A stretch of DNA of 32,000 nt from Erysipelotrichaceae bacterium MTC7 (GTDB taxonomy: Bacteria; Bacillota_I; Bacilli_A; Erysipelotrichales; Erysipelotrichaceae), in contig LVZN01000010.1 of assembly GCA_001695645.1 (NCBI GenBank), forward strand, positions 16,822 through 48,821. Reading direction: 5' to 3'. Each line of letters starts with the position of its first letter. Positions within the stretch are counted from its first letter, which is position 1. The notes beneath the pieces are model-generated. The model was not told the DNA's origin, did no database searches, and saw nothing but the letters and a program-made list of their open reading frames with translations. Both the position numbers and the translations under genes were made by a program. Below, in pieces: positions 25,251 through 32,000 of this stretch.

Positions 25251-25544
25251 CTAAGTATTATAGATTGCGAGATTCGTTTTTTCTATTTTTTCATCATTCT
25301 TTTTCAAAATGATAATGCTCTTTATTAAGAAGAAAACGAATATTAATACAGCTATATTCGCAAATAAAAGAATCCATGTAACAATATCAAATTCAAATAA
25401 ATGATTGGTAAATACACTAATATAATCGGCAACGAATAATTCTTCTTCTTTGCTATTCATATTTGAAATCAAAAAAACTGCATTTGCTAATACTACAAAA
25501 TAGCTAAGTAGACAACCAAATAAATACCTGTACGCTTTTCTCAA
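25251..25544 (-). CDS. Hypothetical small membrane protein (97 aa)
   Basis: TTG start with GAGGTG just upstream, immediately after the stop of the preceding ORF. Two to three hydrophobic helices. A long stop-free ORF in very AT-rich DNA argues for real coding sequence. No family recognised. Confidence 0.55.
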   Translation of the reverse strand: MRKAYRYLFGCLLSYFVVLANAVFLISNMNSKEEELFVADYISVFTNHLFEFDIVTWILLFANIAVLIFVFFLIKSIIILKKNDEKIEKTNLAIYNT

Positions 25545-25554
25545 ATTTCACCTC

Positions 25555-25884
25555 TTAGAATGTAAACAATGATTTCATAACATCTTCTTTTTCAAAGATA
25601 TTGTTATATATTGTTTCACTGTTTGTTGTTATATTGTAAACTATTAACTTATCATCAAAATAAATCAAAAATTCTTTAGTCGAAAACTCTAGTGAAGCCT
25701 TTATTTTTCCATAATCATTATTTTCAATTTTGAAAATATGGCTTATTAATCCTAAATTACTTTGATACTCAAAGTTTAACATGAGTGTTATAAATTCACA
25801 ATTATATTGATACAAACATAGCATTAACTGAATATGGAATAAAAAAGTGTTCAATAATGTTAATAATAACAACAAAACAACCAT
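25555..25884 (-). CDS. Hypothetical small protein with an N-terminal hydrophobic segment (109 aa, start uncertain)
   Basis: N-terminal MVVLLLLLTLLNTFLF is signal- or anchor-like, followed by a beta-rich-looking domain. There is no SD sequence. TATAAT lies 4 nt upstream of the ATG, so it may be leaderless. No family recognised. Confidence 0.45.
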   Translation of the reverse strand: MVVLLLLLTLLNTFLFHIQLMLCLYQYNCEFITLMLNFEYQSNLGLISHIFKIENNDYGKIKASLEFSTKEFLIYFDDKLIVYNITTNSETIYNNIFEKEDVMKSLFTF

Positions 25885-25933
25885 CCAAATTATAATATTT
25901 GTATTTTGAACTCATGCAACAAATGAAACTAAG

Positions 25934-25988
25934 CAAAAAGGAGCTATGCTGCAAATTTGGCAATATATGCCTAGATGCAACAGCCCCT
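25934..25988 (-). terminator. Terminator hairpin (T2) after the ABC-FtsX gene
   Basis: On the minus strand, GGGGCTGTTGCA and TGCAGCATAGCTCC form an imperfect stem followed by TTTTT. It begins 6 nt after the stop codon. Confidence 0.6.
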
Positions 25989-25993
25989 TTTGT

Positions 25994-28336
25994 TTATTCG
26001 CTACGAAGTGCTTCGACTGGATCTTTTTTAGCAGCCATTTTTGCTGGGATGAATCCACCAAGTAAGGTTAAACCAAGCGATATGAGTACTAAAATGATTG
26101 CGTGGACAGGGTGAAGTTTTGCAACATTCGCTATCCCTGAGGCGTTTTCAATCACAGCGTTTGCCGGTATCGTTAGCAGTTGGGCAATACCGATTCCTAA
26201 AAGCCCTGAACACATTCCGATAATAAACGTTTCTGCATTGAACACTCGCGTAATATCTTTTTTACGCGCACCGAGCGCACGGAGGATACCGATTTCTTTT
26301 GTTCTTTCCAATACAGAGATGTACGTAATAATTCCGATCATGATACAAGAGACAATCAAGGAAATCGCTGAGAAGGCAACTAAGACAATGGTAATGGCAT
26401 TCATAATATCACCTGAAAGTGAAGATAACATTGCCGCAAAATCCGTGTATAGTACCTGATCATCGGTTGCTTTATCGACATTGTATGCATCAAGATATGC
26501 AATAACATCATCTTTGCTTTCAAAGTCTTTTGGATAAATAATGATGGAGTTTGGAATTGTATCAGCTCCTAAGTAGGCAAGTGTTGCCTCTTTTGTATTT
26601 TGACTAGTAGGGTCTTTATCAAATGGTTGACCAGTCAGTACATTTGTTTCACTTGCTTGTTGTGCACGAACAATTGCAGAACTTGAATTACTAGACATAA
26701 CTTCTTGAATAAGACTTGGTGTATATAAAACACCGCTACCAGAAGTAATGAGTTCTTTATCTTTTTTACCACGCATAATTGCTTGTACTTTCAAGGTAAT
26801 GGTTTGTTTAGAATTATACATTTGTTCATAATTGGAACCTGGTATATAATATTCACCGATTTCGTTATACCAACTATCATTTAAAACCACTTTAACTTCT
26901 TTATGTAATAATTCATCGAATGTAACATGTTCATTTTCTTCAAAACCTAGTTGTTTTAAGCTGGTGCTACTTACTTGATTGTATGCATCAACTTGGATAA
27001 CTAAACCAGGTTGATTCATATCAATCTCTCCAACTAGTGTGTCGTATAAAGAGTCAATGATTCCAGTTTCTTTTTTTGCTGTCAGAACACTTTGATTTGC
27101 ATCACTTTTGAACTGTGTTGGTAGTTGCATCCATGCACTTTGCATATCAAAAACAATTGGTTGATAGGTTCCATTTTGTTGTTTTGTAATCATATTTAGT
27201 TGTGTTGTGTTTTGGTATGAAATTCCTGAAAGTAAATCTGTATCCATTTTTTTAATATAATCGATATAGTCTTCATCAATTTTATTTTGATGAATCATAC
27301 TATCCATCACATCATCTTGTGCATATATACTTTTTTCACTTGTATATTTTTTTAGATCGTTGGTTTTAGATGTGTTTGAAAATGATGCTGCATCCATTTG
27401 CATAGCTTGACTAGCAACTTGTATTGGCATGTTAGATAAAGAATCCTTTTCAAAGTTATCGATTTCTACTTGAAATCCATTACTCAATGCCAGAATTAAT
27501 GCGATACCTATAATTCCAATACTTGAAGCAAATGAAGTCAATAAAGTTCTTCCCTTTTTTGTCAGAATGTTATTGAACGATAAGCGTAAAGCAGCAAGGT
27601 AACTCATTGCGGTTTTGCGAATCGTAAATGCACCATTGTCTTTCCAACCTTCTTGAATTGGGTTGCTATCATTTGTGACTAAACCATCTTTCAGTTCGAT
27701 GATGCGATTCGCGTATTGTTGGGCCAACTCTGGATTGTGAGTAACCATAATAACGAGTTTATCTTTTGCAATCTCAGTAATGAGATTCATGATTTGCACA
27801 CTGGTTTCACTATCTAAGGCGCCAGTTGGTTCATCTGCTAAAATGACATCGGGATCGTTGGCCAAGGCACGCGCAATCGCTACCCGCTGCATCTGTCCGC
27901 CAGATAATTGATTTGGTTTCTTGTGAGCGTGTTCTTTAAGCCCGACTTTTTCTAAAACTTCTAAGGCTTTTGTACGTCGTGTTTTGCTATCGATACCGCT
28001 AAGGGTCATCCCCATTTCAATGTTTGCTAAAACGCTGATATGGGTAATTAGGTTGTACGATTGAAAGACAAAACCAACGCAGTTGTTACGATAGGCATCC
28101 CAGTCTTTGTCTTTGAAATCTTTTGTACTTTTATTGTTGATCACTAAATCGCCACTGTCATAGCGATCCAGTCCACCAATAATGTTAAGCATTGTTGTTT
28201 TTCCTGAGCCACTTTGGCCAAGGATTGCCACAAATTCATTTTTTCGAAAATTCAACGACACGCCTTGTAATGCATGTTGCTCAAAATCGCCGGTTTTATA
28301 ACTCTTTTTTATATTTGTAAGTTCTAACATGTTCAC
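25994..28336 (-). CDS. Fused ABC ATPase / FtsX-family permease (MacB-like) transporter
   Basis: N-terminal ATPase: Walker [10 protein letters not shown], signature LSGGQMQR, Walker [13 protein letters not shown]-loop VTHN. This is followed by one TM helix, a periplasmic-type domain of about 350 aa, and a C-terminal FtsX-like three-helix bundle ending in [29 protein letters not shown]. Confidence 0.85.
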   Translation of the reverse strand: MNMLELTNIKKSYKTGDFEQHALQGVSLNFRKNEFVAILGQSGSGKTTMLNIIGGLDRYDSGDLVINNKSTKDFKDKDWDAYRNNCVGFVFQSYNLITHISVLANIEMGMTLSGIDSKTRRTKALEVLEKVGLKEHAHKKPNQLSGGQMQRVAIARALANDPDVILADEPTGALDSETSVQIMNLITEIAKDKLVIMVTHNPELAQQYANRIIELKDGLVTNDSNPIQEGWKDNGAFTIRKTAMSYLAALRLSFNNILTKKGRTLLTSFASSIGIIGIALILALSNGFQVEIDNFEKDSLSNMPIQVASQAMQMDAASFSNTSKTNDLKKYTSEKSIYAQDDVMDSMIHQNKIDEDYIDYIKKMDTDLLSGISYQNTTQLNMITKQQNGTYQPIVFDMQSAWMQLPTQFKSDANQSVLTAKKETGIIDSLYDTLVGEIDMNQPGLVIQVDAYNQVSSTSLKQLGFEENEHVTFDELLHKEVKVVLNDSWYNEIGEYYIPGSNYEQMYNSKQTITLKVQAIMRGKKDKELITSGSGVLYTPSLIQEVMSSNSSSAIVRAQQASETNVLTGQPFDKDPTSQNTKEATLAYLGADTIPNSIIIYPKDFESKDDVIAYLDAYNVDKATDDQVLYTDFAAMLSSLSGDIMNAITIVLVAFSAISLIVSCIMIGIITYISVLERTKEIGILRALGARKKDITRVFNAETFIIGMCSGLLGIGIAQLLTIPANAVIENASGIANVAKLHPVHAIILVLISLGLTLLGGFIPAKMAAKKDPVEALRSE

Positions 28337-28782
28337 TCCTTATATCACATCATCATATGTAGTTATCTAATGCTTTGTTTTTTGTAAGCATGAATATAGT
28401 ATACATAAGCTTTTTAAAAAAATATAGGAAATGTTGGTAAGTGGTAACTTTTTAAAAGTAAGCGGTGAGCTGAAGTTCACAATGCGCACAAAATACACAG
28501 AAAACGCACAAATAGACTGATTTACAAAGCCACGGAATTATTTTCACTTCAGAAATTGGTGCGTGTGTGGTGAAAACAATATGTGAAAGTACATGATAAA
28601 AAGATGTTGACAAATCTAGTAATTTCATAAAAGTCGATGGTTTACGCCTTTTTTGAACTTATGAAAAATCTATGAAACTAGATGTAAAAAAGAGTGAAAC
28701 TTTTCAGTTAGAAGTTGCCCATTCGCACTTGAAAATGTGTACAATAGTAACAGGTTAATTTTTTAGGAGAGAGGAAAAGTTT

Positions 28783-30915
28783 ATGGAACTATCAAATGTT
28801 AGGGTTGTTAAAAAAGACGGAACACTAGAGGTGTTTAATATAAATAAAGTCGTAGTAGCAATCAATAAAAGTGCTTTCCGTACCTTATATTCATTTAAGA
28901 GTGCGGAAATCGATCGCATCTGTAAAGATGTAGAAAAACAAGTAGGTGAACTTGAACACAATCAAATTACCATTCAAGAAATGCATAATATTGTGGAGGC
29001 AGCATTGGAGTTAACAAATCCAAAAGTTGCAAAAAGTTATCGAGATTACCGAAACTACAAAATTGATTTTGTTCATATGCTTGATGAAGTGTATAAGAAA
29101 AGTCAAAGCATTATGTACATTGGAGACAAGGAAAACTCAAATACGGATAGTGCCCTTGTTTCAACAAAACGTTCATTGATCTTCAATGAATTGAACAAAG
29201 AATTGTATAAAAAATTCTTCTTAACAACAGAAGAATTACAAGCGATTCGTGATGGCTACATTTACATTCATGATATGAGTGCACGTCGTGACACAATGAA
29301 CTGTTGTTTATTTGATGTGCAAAATGTACTTAGTGGTGGATTTGAAATGGGGAATTTATGGTACAACGAACCAAAAACCCTAGATGTTGCTTTTGATGTC
29401 ATTGGGGATATTGTTCTTAGTGCAGCAAGCCAACAATACGGTGGATTTACTGTGCCAAACGTGGAAACGATTTTAAAACCATACGCAGAAAAATCATACA
29501 AGATTTACATGGAGCATTACCAAGAACTTGGTTTGGATGAAGCAAAAGCACACGAAATTACCATGAAGGATATTGAAAAAGACTTTAGACAAGGTTTCCA
29601 AGGATGGGAATACAAGTTTAACTCGGTTTCAAGTAGCCGTGGAGACTACCCGTTTATTACGATGTCTATGGGTATTGGACAAAGTGAATTTGAACAAATG
29701 GCAAGCATCCAAATGTTACGTGTTCGCAAAGAAGGACAAGGAAAAAAAGGTCACAAAAAACCTGTATTGTTCCCTAAACTTGTCTTCTTATATGACGAAA
29801 ACTTACATGGTGAAGGTAAACCTCTTGAAGAAGTATTCAATGAAGGTATTGCATGTAGTGCTAAAACAATGTATCCAGACTGGTTAAGTTTATCAGGTGA
29901 AGGATATGTACCAAGTATCTACAAAAAATACGGAGAAATTATTTCACCAATGGGATGTCGTGCGTTCTTAAGTCCATATTACCGTCGTGGTGGAATGCAA
30001 CCAGCAGATGAAAATGATTCACCATTCTTCGTGGGTCGTTTTAACATTGGAGCGATTTCGCTTCACTTACCAATGATATTGGCAAAAGCGCAACAAGAAA
30101 GTCGTGATTTCTATGAAGTGCTTGATGGTTATATGGAATTGATCCGTAACTTACACCTTCGTACATACGATTACTTAGGGGAAATGAAAGCAAGTGTAAA
30201 CCCACTAGCATACTGTGAAGGTGGATTTGCTGGCGGTAATTTAGGATTACACGATAAAATTAAACCGTTATTGAAAAGTGCAACTGCATCTTTCGGGATT
30301 ACTGCGCTTAACGAATTACAAGAACTATACAACAAACGTTCGTTGGTTGAAGATGGAAACTTTGCAATTAAAACATTGGAATACATCAACAACAAAATTG
30401 AAGAGTATAAAAAAGAAGATGGAAGACTTTATGCAATTTATGGAACACCAGCAGAAAGTCTATGTGGATTACAAATCCAACAATTCCGTAAAAAATACGG
30501 GGTGATTGAAAATGTAAGTGATCGTGAATATGTAAGTAACTCATTCCACTGTCATGTTACAGAAGAAATCTCACCAATCGAAAAACAAAATTTAGAAAAA
30601 CGTTTCTGGGATCTTGCCAACGGTGGTAAAATCCAATACGTAAAATATCCAATTGGCTACAATACGGATGCAATCAAAACATTGGTGCGTCGTGCCATGG
30701 GTATGGGCTTCTATGAAGGAGTCAACTTATCATTAGCATATTGTGAAGAATGTGGACATGAAGAACTAGAAATGGAAGTATGTCCAAAATGTGGAAGCAC
30801 AAACCTAACTAAAATTGACCGTATGAATGGATATTTATCATACTCACGAGTTAAAGGAGATTCTCGTTTAAACGACGCTAAAATGGCAGAGATTAAAGAG
30901 AGAAAATCAATGTAG
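28783..30915 (+). CDS. nrdD: Anaerobic ribonucleoside-triphosphate reductase (class III)
   Basis: N-terminal ATP-cone (VVKKDGTLEVFNINKV), a C-terminal zinc ribbon (CEECGHE...CPKCGS), and the glycyl-radical region RMNGYLSYS. It is followed by nrdG. Confidence 0.9.
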   Translation: MELSNVRVVKKDGTLEVFNINKVVVAINKSAFRTLYSFKSAEIDRICKDVEKQVGELEHNQITIQEMHNIVEAALELTNPKVAKSYRDYRNYKIDFVHMLDEVYKKSQSIMYIGDKENSNTDSALVSTKRSLIFNELNKELYKKFFLTTEELQAIRDGYIYIHDMSARRDTMNCCLFDVQNVLSGGFEMGNLWYNEPKTLDVAFDVIGDIVLSAASQQYGGFTVPNVETILKPYAEKSYKIYMEHYQELGLDEAKAHEITMKDIEKDFRQGFQGWEYKFNSVSSSRGDYPFITMSMGIGQSEFEQMASIQMLRVRKEGQGKKGHKKPVLFPKLVFLYDENLHGEGKPLEEVFNEGIACSAKTMYPDWLSLSGEGYVPSIYKKYGEIISPMGCRAFLSPYYRRGGMQPADENDSPFFVGRFNIGAISLHLPMILAKAQQESRDFYEVLDGYMELIRNLHLRTYDYLGEMKASVNPLAYCEGGFAGGNLGLHDKIKPLLKSATASFGITALNELQELYNKRSLVEDGNFAIKTLEYINNKIEEYKKEDGRLYAIYGTPAESLCGLQIQQFRKKYGVIENVSDREYVSNSFHCHVTEEISPIEKQNLEKRFWDLANGGKIQYVKYPIGYNTDAIKTLVRRAMGMGFYEGVNLSLAYCEECGHEELEMEVCPKCGSTNLTKIDRMNGYLSYSRVKGDSRLNDAKMAEIKERKSM

Positions 30916-30918
30916 TTT

Positions 30919-31404
30919 ATGCGTTATCACAATATTACAAAAGACGATATGCTAAATGGGAAAGGATTGCGCAGTGTTCTTTGGCTAGCAGGATGTGATC
31001 ATGCTTGTCCAGGATGTCACAATCCAATTACCTGGTCTTTACAAGGTGGAATCGAATTTGATGAAGAAGCAAAAGCTGAGCTATTTGCTTCGTTAGACAA
31101 CGATTATATTGATGGTGTGACCTTAAGTGGTGGTGACCCACTAAACTTACACAATCGAAAAGATGTAACTACGCTAGTTAAGGAATTGAAAGAAAAGTTC
31201 CCTAATAAAAGCGTTTGGGTGTATACTGGATATCTATACGATGATGTGAAAGATCTTGAACTTATGGAATATATTGATGTATTAGTAGATGGTAAATTTA
31301 TCGAAGCACAACTATCACCATCCATTCCATGGGTTGGTTCATCAAACCAAAAAGTAATTGATGTTAAAAAAACAAGAGAAGCAGATCGTATCATCGTTGT
31401 TTAA
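30919..31404 (+). CDS. nrdG: Anaerobic ribonucleotide reductase activating protein (radical SAM)
   Basis: CDHACPGCHNP (CxxxCxxC cluster). 161 aa. Lies immediately downstream of nrdD. Confidence 0.9.
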   Translation: MRYHNITKDDMLNGKGLRSVLWLAGCDHACPGCHNPITWSLQGGIEFDEEAKAELFASLDNDYIDGVTLSGGDPLNLHNRKDVTTLVKELKEKFPNKSVWVYTGYLYDDVKDLELMEYIDVLVDGKFIEAQLSPSIPWVGSSNQKVIDVKKTREADRIIVV

Positions 31405-31416
31405 AAAGGAGACACC

Positions 31417-31908
31417 ATGAAAAAAGTAGCGAAATTTCACAAGGTTAGTTATGAACAATTCTCTCAAGCATTTGATGGAGAAGACGTAAAGGCGATGTAC
31501 GATGCAATCCAATTGCCAAAACGTGCAACTGCACAAAGTGCTGGATATGATTTTTTCTTACCTTTTGATCTAGAACTAGAACCAAATACAACAAAGCTGA
31601 TCCCAACCGGAATTCGCGTTGAGATGTTAGCAAACTGGGTACTACAACTATATCCACGTAGTGGACTTGGATTTAAATTCCGTCTACAACTTAACAATAC
31701 GGTTGGAATCATTGATGCTGATTATTTTTACAGTGACAATGAAGGACATATCTTTGCGAAAATCACTAACGATTCTAACGAAGGAAAGACCATTAGTCTA
31801 AAAGCTGGAGATGGCTTTATGCAAGGTATTTTTATGGAATATGGAATCGTGGAAGATGATGATGCCAAGGGTGTTAGAAACGGTGGATTTGGGAGTACAA
31901 GTAAATAA
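31417..31908 (+). CDS. dut: dUTP diphosphatase (trimeric dUTPase family)
   Basis: Motifs SAGYDF, PRSGLG, GIIDADY and the C-terminal RNGGFGSTSK. Confidence 0.8.
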   Translation: MKKVAKFHKVSYEQFSQAFDGEDVKAMYDAIQLPKRATAQSAGYDFFLPFDLELEPNTTKLIPTGIRVEMLANWVLQLYPRSGLGFKFRLQLNNTVGIIDADYFYSDNEGHIFAKITNDSNEGKTISLKAGDGFMQGIFMEYGIVEDDDAKGVRNGGFGSTSK

Positions 31909-31928
31909 AACGGTATAAGAAAAGGTAA

Positions 31929-31978
31929 TATAAAATAACGTGTGGTTCGAAAATATTGAACTATAAAATATCGTGTGG
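31929..31978 (+). repeat. Tandem 17-nt direct repeat at the window edge
   Basis: TATAAAATAACGTGTGG (31929-31945) and TATAAAATATCGTGTGG (31962-31978) are identical at 16 of 17 positions, with a 33-nt period. Confidence 0.6.
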
Positions 31979-32000
31979 CTACACAATCAAAAAAGATGAG

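Noticed and set aside
28431-28520. 29-codon plus-strand ORF (MLVSGNFLKVSGELKFTMRTKYTENAQID)
   Set aside because: The AGGAA sequence directly abuts the ATG, leaving no spacer. The ORF is short with no distinctive features, and it overlaps the more notable minus-strand frame.
28570-28695. Possible NrdR boxes upstream of nrdD (AAACAATATGTGAAAG near 28574 and AAACTAGATGTAAAAA near 28675)
   Set aside because: Each matches only about 9 of 16 positions of the NrdR consensus as I remember it, and only in the left half. They are not palindromic. They are about 101 bp apart rather than the usual tandem spacing of about three helical turns. The evidence is not convincing without a scoring matrix.
1-32000. 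Search for CRISPR arrays, tRNA/rRNA genes, IS elements, integrases, and phage or known defence genes
   Set aside because: I found no repeat-spacer periodicity, no tRNA-like cloverleaf candidates (GGTTCGAAA at 31944-31952 lacks an acceptor/anticodon context), and no transposase, recombinase or nuclease-helicase type ORFs in the six-frame track.

Overview
This 32 kb window looks like ordinary chromosome from a low-GC Gram-positive bacterium (Bacillota-like codon usage, AGGAGG-type ribosome-binding sites, TTG/GTG starts). All calls come from motif recognition by eye; no database search was possible. I found no rRNA, tRNA, CRISPR array, IS element, integrase or prophage.

I support about 33 protein genes. 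Most are transport and housekeeping genes:
- A partial ABC-F ATPase, a J-domain protein, and a GldA-like dehydrogenase.
- Four ABC transporter sets and a UMF1-type MFS transporter.
- YaaA, an HdeD-like protein, an AI-2E/YtvI-like permease, and AsnA.
- A sulfur-handling cluster: rhodanese, CoA-disulfide reductase with a fused rhodanese domain, and a HesB-like protein.
- A P2-type Ca-ATPase.
- A P1B metal ATPase operon ending in a Crp/Fnr (FLP-like) regulator.
- Flavodoxin.
- A TetR regulator with a divergent ABC-2 exporter.
- A fused ABC-FtsX (MacB-like) transporter.
- nrdD, nrdG and dut.

I do not see a clear multi-gene defence or mobile system. The best leads are:
1. Three perfect TTGAT-N4-ATCAA (FNR/FLP-type) boxes, all intergenic. 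Two sit at identical class-II-like spacing. Together they link a P1B ATPase with an unusual CPG transmembrane motif, a small metal-binding (HMA) protein, a truncated RIC/ScdA-like protein, the regulator itself, and possibly an ABC-2 exporter.
2. A very AT-rich ~0.7 kb islet encoding two small membrane proteins. It is bracketed by two similar terminator hairpins and lies downstream of the ABC-FtsX gene. That gene's 446-nt upstream region holds an unlisted 58-codon Cys-rich ORF.
3. A 17-bp palindrome whose two arms are the -35 boxes of both divergent TetR/ABC promoters.
4. A hypothetical protein plus SUKH (SMI1/KNR4-like) pair translationally coupled to yaaA.
5. A J-domain protein with a Q/Y-rich low-complexity region and a hydrophobic tail.
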